Assembly: GCA_973895155.1 (NCBI GenBank)
Contig: OZ316895.1
Span: forward strand, 19,668,803-19,732,802
DNA from: Marsupella aquatica
Taxonomy: Eukaryota; Plantae; Marchantiophyta
Direction of reading: 5' to 3'
Length of the DNA stretch: 64,000 nt
Shown here: in pieces, positions 38,544-50,217 of the stretch
Layout: every line of letters starts with the position of its first letter
How positions within the stretch are numbered: the first letter of the stretch is position 1
Program-made: the position numbers and the translations under genes
The notes under the pieces: generated by a model
What the model was told of the DNA's origin: nothing
What the model saw: the letters and a program-made list of their open reading frames with translations, nothing else
Databases searched by the model: none

Positions 38544-38702
38544 GAGGGATTTACTTGATGGGACCCCAAAATGAATTGCTTTACTTGATAGGACCCTTGA
38601 AGTTTTGGGTACGTTGATTCAAGGTCAATCAAAGGTCTGGATCACTCAAGGGTCCTATCAAGTAACAAGTTTCATTTTGGGTTCCTATCAAGCAAATCCC
38701 TC
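38544..38702. mobile_element. Mutator-like MITE
   Basis: ~55-bp TIRs GAGGGATTTACTTGAT...ATCAAGCAAATCCCTC, with flanking duplication (T/C)GCTAAACTT of 9-10 bp. Confidence 0.8.
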
Positions 38703-39327
38703 CGCTAAACTTCTTCAACCACAACCATTAGTCAACAATTCCTAGTCAATAAAACCTGATCAATAATTCTCTGATTTTGTCTCACACTAATAAATTCTTC
38801 CAACCACCAGCAATGTCTACCTAAATTGCCTGAGACACGCATGTAGACTTGACCCTCTAACCAAGATAATAAAGCAAGATAACAAAATCTCTTGAAGCAA
38901 GAAAGTATATCCAAAACCTAAATCTTAAACCTTCCTCATTTCCCACTAAAACTAATATCTCTCTCAACCCTTTAGGAATCCAAAATGTGATAGAGCGTAC
39001 CAGATTTGGGGTTTGCTTTTAAAGTAGTCTATCACTTTTGAATAGTAACGTAACATTAAGAATCTGAAATATGATACAAAGAATCAGATTTGGGTTTAAA
39101 GTCAAGGAAACGGAAAATAAGTGAGGATAACTACTAGCATTTTAGTCGTGGCCTTTTTGAATTCGGGTTTGTATGGACAACTGCTTTCAACATTGAGAAA
39201 GGAGCAACATGGGTTAGAGGGCACAAAACAAAATTTACGAAGCTAATTATTTTGTGTGGTCCTTTATTTATACTGTTCAGATTCAGCCTAGTTTAGTTTG
39301 TACTGTAAATGGTCGAGTTAAGTTTTG

Positions 39328-39890
39328 GTTTTTTTCTAAAAGGGGGGCGCAAGGGCCCATAATACCAGGCAAGGGAGAAAAAACCGCCCAAGCAATGGAA
39401 CAGAGAGGGGCAACGCGCCCAAGCAAACCAAAGAAACCCTAGTCAGGCCAAGGTGCCCGATAACAAACCATGCGCAAACCATACGCTAAACCTCTAGTCT
39501 GATTGTTGCTATGGGTGATTTTAAATCTTTCTTGTCTGTTGATGTTACAAATTCTGTCCTTGCCCATGTCCACATCATTCAAGCTAGTGATCGGCTGTTT
39601 GAAGTAGCGACTAGTCCAGGACAAAGGAAAATTGACCACCTTGTTATCGTAATTGCTCATCTCTTTGTCATGTTCAGAAGGGGGGCCCTGACCATGTTGA
39701 GACTTCCTCTCTAGTTTACAGTAATTGTCACTCATTGATGTCCTCCAAATTCAAAGCCAACAGACTCTCGATATTCTCCCATGGCCTGAGTGCCTCCTGA
39801 AGTTGCGCCAATGCCCTTCAGAGTTGCTTCCTTTTCCTCTCAGAATGGTAGACCTCCAGCATCATGCTCACGTGTGTAGCTATGTTGCGT
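39328..39890 (-). mobile_element. LINE 3' end remnant
   Basis: Minus strand ends ATGGGCCCTTGCGCCCCCTTTTAGAAAAAAA, the same terminal motif as the 17753-17960 insertion. Decayed coding-like sequence lies upstream. Confidence 0.5.
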
Positions 39891-41658
39891 ACGACGACAA
39901 TATGCTGTTAAGTAAAATATGTGGTTGCTCAAAAGATGTCATTAAGTAAAATATGTCATTCCGCAAAAGATGAAGTTTACTAAAAGATATCATTAGGCAA
40001 AAGACATAAATGCATAATAGATGAAATTGTGCTAAAGATGTAGTTGAAAAAATTCATGGTATAAAAGATATCTTTGTTAGAAATATCTTATTGCGGAAAA
40101 ATTATTGTCAAGTGAAAGATGCCATGACACGAAAGAGAGAGACAACCACCACCAAAGTACAACAAAATGAGAATGACTTTTTAGTTGTTTTTATTTTTAA
40201 TTTTTTTAAATCATAATAACCCCCCCTTCTTTTTCTTTCTTTTTCACTATTTTTCTTGTCTTGTCTTTGTCTCATTGATTAGATTGTGCACTAGTTTATT
40301 GATTATGTAATATTTGTCATTAAACTCCTCCCATAATGCCATGATGCTTGGAGACCCGGTTTGACCTTGCCCGTCAAACTGGCCAAAAATCATCGGCAAA
40401 TCGGCAACTCGGCACCCGGGTTTGGGAGTAGTCCGGGCCATGACAAGTTTGGTAGATGTTCGGGCCGGGTTTGGGCGAGGTTTGGGGAAATTTGGGCGAG
40501 GTTTGGGGGCCGGGAGTTTAGGGGAGTTTGGGCAAGGGGGAGTTCAGGGTTCGAGGGGGTTTGGGGTTTGGAAGGCGGTCCGGGTTTGGCGAAGCTGGTT
40601 CGGTGAAGCCGATCTGAGGGGGAGGTGGTCCACGGGGTTTGGGTGGGAATTCGGGTCCGGGTCCGGGGAGGAGGCGCTCCATGGGGGGTTTGGGGGAGGT
40701 GATCCAGGTGGGGGAGGACCGGGGGAGACGGTTTGGGTTTGGGGGATCGGATCCGGATTTGGGTTCTGACGGGGGTTTGGGTCTGAGGGGGAGGCGCTCT
40801 GACGGGGATTCGGGGGAGGTGGTCCGGGTGGGCTGGTGGGGGAAGGCGGTTTGGGTTTGGGTTTGGTTTCGGGTTTGGTTGAGACGGTCCGGGTTTGGGG
40901 GTTTGGTGGAGGTGGTCCGAGGGGGCTTGGGATCCAGGTCCGAGGCTTGGAGGATTAGGGTTTGCGGTACGGCGGTCGCGGGTGGCTGGGAAAGGACCAA
41001 GAGGGTGCCCGGGGTCCGAAAGGGGATAAAAGGAGAAGTTTTGTTTATGTTTTATTTTATTGTGAATAACCCTAGTGCCAAATGGAAGGATATAAAAGAA
41101 TACTTATACGCGCACTTTTTGAGCCTCGGTTTGGTTTGCGATACTTTGTACAAAAATTTCTTAATGTCATCTTAACAATTTAGTATCTTTTGTTCATTAA
41201 GTAAAATATTTGCGGAGATAGAGGAATCCATGTGCACATGATGCTTAGAGTTTTGGCTCGGTCTGTGATACTTTGCATGAATACCATGATTTGCCGAGAG
41301 TGTTTTCACTTGATATACAAATGAGTGCTAAATTATAGACACCATATCACATAAATCAAAGTAGGAATATAACAACTATGAAAGAAAAGAATACTTTTGT
41401 GCGCATATTTTGAGCGTCCACTCGGTCTGTGATATTTCACAAATATTGTCTATCTCTTTTATTGTTGTTACATTCAAAGGTAATAAAAATCATGTGTACA
41501 ATAAAAATACAAAATGCATGGGAGAAACACCGGGAAGAAAGAATAACAATACAACTTGTGATTTTTAGGGTGATTGTAGAAGCCTTATTGGAAGGTTTCT
41601 TTTAAATCCTGGTAAGATTTTGTTCCTCCCTCACATATCCCTTTGGTGAAGGGAAAAC

Positions 41659-43484
41659 ATGCCCACCCATAATTTTAGTGTAGAATATAGACAAGTGTTG
41701 GAGACGATCACAAAACATATGAACAAGGGATATGATGTGAATCTTGTTGCTCTGGACGCACTAAAGAACGCTCAAAACACTCAAGAGCATGCTAGGAATT
41801 CTAGCAAAATGGTTGGGAAACAAAAATGGAAGGGGGCGAATGAAGAGGCTAAATAGGTTTGACACAATATGGTAGTGGTGATATGGAAAGAGATACTATA
41901 TTGCTACACTCAACCAAAACAATATGGGGTGGACGGGTTCAAGAGGGAGTTCACGAGACAAGGACAAAAATGATACAAGAACTTTCTTGGTAAGATAACC
42001 CGTTGTATGCGGGAAAACATACAGGAGGACAATTTCACACGAGAGCAAATGAAGTCATTTTAAGATGAAATTGACAAACCGGAAGATTCCTGGAAAATTT
42101 GGCACTCAACTTGGAGAAGCATGTTTGGGATAATTTGGCAGCCAAAGTGGTGGAGGATGACAATACATTGCTTGGAAACTCCGGGATGTACATTGTACAC
42201 AAGAGAAATTGCTAGTAAAGTGAAGTAAAGAGTTGGCAATGGTAAAATCTGATAGCAATGTGAAATATGCAAACGAGATTGTGCAGTTCAATGGGGATGT
42301 CAACATCAAAAATGCTCGAAGAGAAACAATCATGTCCATTGCGTGTAGTTCCAGAGGTATGTCAGGAGTATCCATTTTCTTAAGCCTGAGCAGGTGCAGA
42401 ACACACATCGCATCGGGAAAGGTATCCAAGGAGAGGTATATACTTGTCGTATATTAGATTGTCCTCTCATTCCGGTGAACGTGACCTTAGTCACAAAAAT
42501 ATTCAAGGATGGAGACAAGCATAAGAGACAAACGAACGCATTACAAGAAGTGCTTATGGGAGGATTGAATCATAAGGGAATTGTTGGAGCTCTTGCGTTG
42601 ACTATTGAGGATCCGCAAAAACTTGTTTACGATCACTACAATGGAGGTGATTTGGGTAGCTTTATAGATAAGTGCGGCATATGGTCAAAGTGCAGGGGGA
42701 AGGCACAGACCACATCAAACCTTGATTCCCTGGGCCCTCACTCCGTGTAAAAGAAGTGGACCCCCCTACGATCGGACCATTTTCCTGTTTACCCCTTGTT
42801 ATTTCCATTTTACTATTAAATGTTCCCTTATTACCGGTAATAATTATAATTATTAGTTCAAAATGAATAAAAATTACCCTTCAAGCGTTCGCACGTCCTC
42901 CACGTATTAGTTAAGACTGAGGGCCCAGGGCCTTGATTTCAAGTTCATTTTTGAAAAGAAACTCTTGTTGGAGAACCATTTGGGAATTGCCTTGGTTTTG
43001 CTAGAGACACTGCAATACTTGCATGAGCATGATCAATTTTATTGTGGCTATTAAAGTGTATGTCGGATTATGTGATTTTGGCTTGTCAAAGCATAAATCA
43101 CAGTGCAAATTAACAGCAAATCGAATGTGGCCCACAACAAAAGAAAAAACAACAACATACTAGAAATAATATCCATAGTTGGCTCCGGAGCTTGTTCAAC
43201 CTATCCCTATAGAGTTTAGCGAAGCTACATATATATATGCTTTGGGAAATATTTTTGAGACATTGTTGATAGAGAATTGGGATGGAATGTCTAAGGGATC
43301 ACGGTTTTGGGGGAGGGATTGGAGTGCAACAGTGCATGGCCCCAAATTGAATGCCATCATTTATGACATGATGGCCACAGATGTGAAGAAAAGAATGGAT
43401 TGTGCTTTTTGGAGTTTGAAGATAGTTCGAACGTTTCCAGAATGCGCATTGCATTTGCACAACAGTCCTTATTTTAGAGATTAG
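41659..43484 (+). pseudogene. Decayed intronless protein kinase gene with ~250-aa N-terminal extension
   Basis: IGKGIQGEVY (Gly loop), VTKIF, QEV, LNHKGIV, LVYDHYNGGDL, LQYLHEH, GLCDFGLSK, APEL, IYALG. Interrupted by a MITE at 42728-42930. The catalytic loop is deleted or frameshifted and there are several stops. Confidence 0.85.
42728..42930. mobile_element. 203-bp MITE with 8-bp TSD inserted in the kinase pseudogene
   Basis: TIR CCCTGGGCCCTCA...TGAGGGCCCAGGG; TSD CCTTGATT at 42720-42727 and 42931-42938. Removing it restores the kinase frame (SNLDFKFIFEKK). Confidence 0.92.
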
Positions 43485-43669
43485 AGATTAGGGTTTAAAG
43501 AGTTTTATAATGGTCATATTAACGATTATATGTTCATTCATTGTATGTAAATTACAATGTTTTATAATTTGTTCATATTGTTCTACCAAAATTTATCGTG
43601 AATGCTCAAATTTGTGCTAAATGTGTTTCTACATTGCCAAATATCGTAGACTGTCTGTACATCTCGCAA

Positions 43670-45640
43670 ACATGGTATGATGGGAATTGGATTATGATGA
43701 GGAAGACAAGGAATTCACGACACAACATCCTATCCTGCAAGATGGTCAAGGATCCTATTGTGATGAAGATCTTCATAATAGTGTGTTGGATAACCACATA
43801 AACACTGGCAATGACTATGAGGCTAAACCCAAGGTTGGCACACCTTTGCAAAACACAAGAAGATTGGAGGATGAGGGTATCAATGATGAATGGAGTATAT
43901 CAATGCCAAATGTTAAACCTCCTCATGACAAATGGCCTATCAATACAAAGGAATTGGAGATGAACATTGATGCCCAAGAAAGAGTTTTGGCTATTAGCAC
44001 AAATGGTTTTTCACAATCCGGATCTTTGGGCAACAAGATCATGTGTGCAAGAAAAATTTACCATGTCCAAGGTAACACATGCAGGTGCTAAATTGCATTG
44101 GCAACAATGATATCGAGAGTTTTCTCCACACAAAGCCCAATCAAAAATGAGTTTCGTTTATCCTTCTTTTATCCAATGTCTGATTGCTGAATTTATTCTG
44201 AAATAAAAGGTGGATTACCGTTGGAAAAATAGTGTTGGCGAGCTGACTCATCAGGTGCATCCATCAGTGCTTGCAATTGTAACAAACGAGAATACAACTA
44301 TTGCAAAGGATCATTCAATCAATACTTGCAACAAGGGATCCAAAAGGAAGATAGATGAGACGGGGGAGGGATATACACATGAGAAGGTAAAAGTGGAGCT
44401 GTACTTCCTTGATTCTCTATGCTTGACCGTGCAACCACACCAACCAATGTGGATTCCACCAATACCAAAAAACCAATCCATTAAATAGGTGTTGGGAGTA
44501 GAACTCCACATGCAAATAACATCGATGTTGCTGATGCTAACAAGGATAAGTTTAACCTCCACAACATATGCTAGAGCTTGGGAGTAGATGTTGCTGAGGT
44601 GATTGAGAAAAATCTTTGCACGAAGTATATAGTGGAGCTCTATGAATGTAGCAGCATCAAAAAGTATAAGTCACAATTGCAACAAGCTAATTTGAAGATG
44701 AGATCACTTGAAAAGAAGCAAAACGAGTCAATGACCAATCCCAAAGTGATGTTGTACAAGTGTCAATTATTTGACAAGATGGAAGAAATCAATAAGCTGA
44801 CAATATGACTTACTGAAAAAGAACGTCAATACAATGAAGTGGCACGACTTGAGGAGAAGGACAACATCATTAATGATCTTAAGAGTCAACTTGCAATGCA
44901 AGCGGTCATCATAACAAATCTCCATGAAGAGATGGAGGAATTTAACAATCATGGGGATTTGGGTTTTGGATCAAACAAAGGGGAAGCAAAAATGTAGTCG
45001 ACAAATTTGTTAACATGCAAAGCATAGATCCTACGGGGCACAACTACCTTTTTCCAGATGTGGAGGTTGATGTGGAAGGTATTGAGAGGTATTTTGATAA
45101 GTGGAAAAAAGATGAAACTTTGGCAACATTTGTTTGTGAAAATGACGACAAGTGTACTTGGTGCCTATATCCTTGGGGCCCTGAATCTGTTTCCATGTTG
45201 GGAACCTCCGGTCATATATTGCATCATGCCTGCTTGTCTAAATGGTTGAAGAAAAGCCAAAATGTTGGTGTTGCACACCATTTCATGAGTTACACGAGTA
45301 TGAGCAACGAGGGTTGTTGAAGCAAATGTCAGCAATGGACACACAACAAAATACTGAAGAAATGGCTGAAGACAGTGTACCAGCAATGCAAATAGATGAA
45401 ACTCCCATTGAACAATTTATAATCAATGAATATAATTTGTCAGATGGAGAATTTGATAGGTTGTTATTCAGTGGTCGATTCAATGAGTGGAAGTAATATG
45501 CAGCGGCCAACCAGCCATCAATAGACAAGCAAAATTTGCAACGATCTTTTCGACGTCATCGACATCGTCAATTGTAGGCAGAGGTGAAGACAGAAGCCAT
45601 CGACATCAACAAAAAACAAAACTGAAACCAATAGTCTCTA
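43670..45640 (+). pseudogene. Decayed gene with acidic N-terminus, coiled coil and RING-H2-like finger
   Basis: Chained + strand ORF fragments (43687, 44210, 44578, 45015, 45242). Coiled coil at ~44600-44950. CTWC-x14-SGHILHHAC-LSKW...(frameshift)PKCWCC is a C3H2C3 RING-like motif with one Cys changed to Ser. Confidence 0.65.
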
Positions 45641-45712
45641 GATTTTGATGTAATTTTGATGCACTTACTATTAGAGACCTTTTGTTAAAATAGAAGCGGC
45701 ATATCCTCTTTG

Positions 45713-45914
45713 CCCTGGGCCCTCACTCCGTGTAAAAGAAGTGGACCCCCTACAATCGGGCCTTTTTCCTATTTACCCCTTGTTATTTCCATTTTACTAT
45801 TAAAAGTTCCCTTATTACCGGTATAATTATAATTTTTAGTTCAAAATAAAGAAAAAAAAACCCTTTGAGCGTTCGCACGTCCTCCACGTATTAGTTAAGA
45901 CTTAGGGCCCAGGG
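45713..45914. mobile_element. 202-bp MITE with 8-bp TSD (same family as 42728)
   Basis: TIR CCCTGGGCCCT...AGGGCCCAGGG; TSD CCTCTTTG at 45705-45712 and 45915-45922. Confidence 0.92.
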
Positions 45915-46347
45915 CCTCTTTGACAATTATTTTCAACCTCTAACATTTGGTAAAGAGATTTTGGAGTGGCATCATATTTCATATCCCATTGAGTACTTAC
46001 ATATATTTTTCATTGGGGGCAGGGCGTCGCCTTTTGGACAATGTGTATTTTCTTAAGAATACTCCATCATCCAAGAAGCCATAGGCTGTGCAAGCATATT
46101 GTCGGGCTCGCAATCATATTTTTGGGCACGCGAAATGTCACCGTAACAAAACTAGGATTCTAATGAATGATTGAACGAGTGGGAATGTTGTTGAGTACAG
46201 ATTTTTACAGGTATGTCAGCGCCTTAGGTTATTGACACCGGATGTGGGCATCATTGCAAAGTAAACTCACAGAAACAACATTTATTTCACTAAGATAAGG
46301 TTTGTGCAAGTAACAGAGCTTCAAGGCCAAATTTTCAGGTCCTCTTG

Positions 46348-48062
46348 TATAGTCCAGCAATTGGACAGTTCTTACAATTAGTGACAACTATGAGGAAAAT
46401 AGACGTGGTGAGAGTCAATAGCTGTTAAACACCAATTTTTCCCTACAATTAACGCAACATTACTTTTATCTACCCATTTGCTCTTGTATTAACCGATTAA
46501 TCGTCCAACAACAAGATAGTCTATTAAACCATTTTCATACTCTGAACTTGTAATTTCCGTTGAGTACTCTTCAATATCCACTTCCTCTTCCCACTTCTTG
46601 GGCACAATTGATTCAATTAATACTAATCCTTCCTTGTATACAATTTCTATAAATCCGCACCATTCCCGATAAGTAAAAATGCAAATGGGAATATTCTCCT
46701 CTCTCAATCATCGAGTAATTAGGTGTGAACCAATAGAACAGATCCATAGTTCAATTGGTCTGAGTCTAATTAAGGAGAGGTTCTTCATAGTTTTATCATT
46801 CAGACTCATGTTTCCGGGATTGTGATCTGGTTAGATCCAATTGTCTCATCGACTCATCCGCCAGGGTTGATCAATTTCTTGTGTGTCGGAGTAGATCTAG
46901 AAAAGCTAATCGTAAATAGAATATTAGCTCAACAACTACTCCGTTATGCTGGAGGTGTATTAACAATTAGATGGTTACTCTCATAACACACAAACTCCAG
47001 CCAGATTTTCCTGCTTACGAGTTGTCCATTAGCTCAAATCCGCAAGGTATTACACCTCAGCGTTCTCACTCTGAGCAAATTGACCCTCATTCATTCCTGC
47101 GGTTGAATGGTGACCATCTTAACATACTCCACTCTAATCCTCGGGTTGATTGTAATTTCCACAGACTTAACTCTCTTATGATTCAAGATTATCAGGTTGT
47201 TTCACTCAATTCTCTCTACTTCTCAGTTTCTGAACACATTGGTTCTCAGTTCTCTTTCTCTCTCATTCAGTCATAATCCCTCCTTGAAACTTCTGTAGCA
47301 ACAGTGCTCATTCAAGAACGATACTTCAGAGCATGCAATGATGATCTCTTTACTTCTCACATCAGAATTCTACTCACATCTGAGTAGGGAACACTTAACC
47401 AAAAACTACTGATCATCTTAAGAGAAGTCTGGCTTTGCCTCTCAATCAGATTACCTATTGAAAAAGTGACACCTTGCTCTATGCCATTGCCTGCCTTAAA
47501 TACTATCTTCCTACAAGATTATCGGTTTCCAACTGCCTGACTATCAAAATGGTTATTTAACTTACAAATCAAACACAACTGCATAGCAGTTAGTAAGCTA
47601 CTATTTTGCGGTTACTAAACTGCTATTCGTAGTTCCCGACCGGTATACTCTGTTAACTGAAACTACTGCATCAAACATCTCTGTAAACGATTGGTGGTTG
47701 GAGCCGTTTGTTTCTGAACTGCAAATGGTTTAGCTTGCAAATATGAGTGCCTCGATCTCTACTGAAAACATTCGATCGTCCTTCTCCCATTTGTGTTCGT
47801 TGTCTTGCTTTCACACCTAGAGCGCAATCTCTGTTGTCTCCTAACTTGGTATTGCATCCTTCATAGCAAAACCCTAATCCGGTACTACTCCATATAGCAA
47901 AAATTGTCGCGCTTTCTACTGTTAATCTCCCAGCCATCTTACTAAAGCTATTCCTACCTGCCACTGATCCCCTTAAATACTTGATCTATTATCTTCCGCT
48001 TGACGTTTCTCCGCTAATTCTATTTAACTATTTTCTCGGTTTACAGTAGCACAGTGGACTCA
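46348..48062 (-). mobile_element. Possible solo LTR nested in the hAT element
   Basis: Non-coding block bounded by AGTCCA...TGGACTCA with similar flanks (TGTAT/AGTAT). AGTATTTAAGG TATA-like motifs occur on the minus strand at ~47495 and ~47972. Ends are imperfect. Confidence 0.35.
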
Positions 48063-48584
48063 AGTATAGATCCTTCTCTAAAATCTTTTCCAAAAGGAGA
48101 TCGTGTAGCACAATGAGTTTGATAAAGCGATCCTCAGAATAGTTTCACTTGCCCAAGTTGAAAATGATTTTGTAGAAGGATGTATACCTAAGTCCATTGT
48201 GTTCCTGTTTTTCACCACGTATTTCCCTAATGCTTCCTCTACATAGTCAACATCTTGCGGGTCTCTAACCCTCATAGCTGTTACCAATTGTAAGAAAAGC
48301 CAAATTGTTGTACTCTATGAGAGCTTGTTGATGGCCGTGTTGTTCAACCTTGGGGCTCCGTTGCTTTCACAAATTTTCTCATAGTGAAATACTTAGTGAG
48401 ATGTTGTTTGCGACTTGAAATTTTGTGAATTCAGCTATCTGTTGCTTTTATGGTTTCAGCCGCTCCGAGTTCAACATCATGTTGTAGAGGACTTGCAAAC
48501 TCCTTTGCGAGACCATTGCAAGTGGCATCAAGCGATAGGACTTCATGACATCTGTGCCTTCACTAAAGCAACAATTGCAGTAGA

Positions 48585-49345
48585 TGATTGAAGCGGCTTC
48601 ACTGGATCAGAACCAGAAGCATGAGAATAAGCCATTTTCTAGGATCAATGATTTTCAAACATCGGCGATTTATAAGATGCTCTCTTTGAATCGAGATCTC
48701 TCAACTGGACTTGAGTCATCCCCATTGCAACAAAGTCATCTAAATGCGGTAAATGATCTTTTAATGAAGTCCAAAATCAATGAGAAGATGGTAGATGTCA
48801 ACCAATGTTTCCATAGCATTAGGCTCAAAGACACAGATTACTGAAAAATGCAATCCAAATTAGTGCTCTCCCTCAAAGTGCAATCCAAAAATACACAATC
48901 GACAAGATTTTGTGAGTTTTGAAACCTCCCAAGTGTTATTGATAGTTGGGACATGCCCTAGAGAATTTATGCTCACACTGTACAAATTTATACACTTGAA
49001 GGATTTCCAAACTCACAAAATTTGTCTGATTGCGTCGTTTTGGATTGTACTTCTAAAGTCGAGCACTAATTTGGTTTGCACATATCAGTAATTTATCTCT
49101 TGAGCGTACGCTAAGGTTGCATCATTGGTTGACATCTAATCTTCTTGCATTGGTCTTTGGCTTCATTAAGGGATCTTTTTGACACTTTAGAATGACTTTG
49201 TTCAATTGGGGAAGACTTCAATCGAGCTTAAAGTTATCGGTTCAGTGGGAGAAATTTTGAAAACCGTTCATGAAAATATCCGCTGACCTTGGGAAACCGC
49301 TTATTTTCATGATTATGGTTTGACAGTGTATTTACAATCACCCCC
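48585..49345. repeat. Long imperfect palindrome (foldback element) with ~350-bp arms
   Basis: Mirrored pairs include AGATGTCAACCAATG/CATTGGTTGACATCT, CCAAATTAGTGCTC/GAGCACTAATTTGG, ATTTTGTGAGTTT/AAACTCACAAAAT and ACAAAGTCAT/ATGACTTTGT. Centre at ~48940-48990. Confidence 0.85.
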
Positions 49346-50217
49346 AATCAGCATTGCAATGTACTTGGCGTACGATATGTTGGTGATGGAAGAATTATGG
49401 AGTGATTTGACATGTCACTTGAAAACAAAGATACATGTTTTGTTCTATTCATATTAGTGGGTGTAGTGGGATAGGCTAGGGGGTCACTGCGTTGCAACTT
49501 GAGATGTTTTCTCAATCAGGGGTTCAATTCCCCTTTGTCACATGTTACATAGATTGCTTGATAGAATGGATTATTCATGTTGTGACCTTAAAGGCCATCC
49601 CACATATGTACGCAAGGTTTATATTGGGATGACCTTTAAGGTACACAATATAAATGATGCATTGAAATGAGAGAAATTTTAGGTCATAGAGGAAGAACTG
49701 TTGTAGCGTGCGCCATGTGTGACAAACTACTTGACAAGGTACTTTCATAAATTTAACTTCTCTTTGTCGGGCAACTTTGTTTTCAATTTATGTGTGATTT
49801 TAGAGTATTAGAAGAAAGAAAGATGGAGGGAAATTTTGTTACGTACAAGGATGGCGATACGGCCATGAAAATGTTGTAGATGATTGGGGGGTCCTCCATA
49901 TAGTCAAACCCCCGATATGTGGACAAACACACTCTTTTGAATTACTATGGAAGCAATATACAAAATGTGGTGCCTAATGAGTGATTCATGATCCTCAATG
50001 ACCTTGGCTCCACATATGTGAAGGGTCTCCTTATCTTTATCACAGAGACAATACTCGGTTGTTCAGACTCACTTTGTGAGACCTTGTTGGCGGTGATGTG
50101 TCTTTCTCCATTCCTCAAATGTAAATAGAAATAAATATTCATACGTTGTATTATATTATTAATACAATAATAAAGGGTACAAAACATAGGAGGACCTAAT
50201 GAAAAGATGCCTCAAGG

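Noticed and set aside
40324-40347. 8-bp TSD for the large hAT candidate
   Set aside because: The left flank (CATAATGC, or CTCCTCCC) does not convincingly match the right flank CTCACACC, so no TSD is claimed.
40422-41175. Gly-rich and Pro-rich ORFs resembling extensins or glycine-rich proteins
   Set aside because: Open in several frames on both strands because of GC-skewed subterminal TE repeats.
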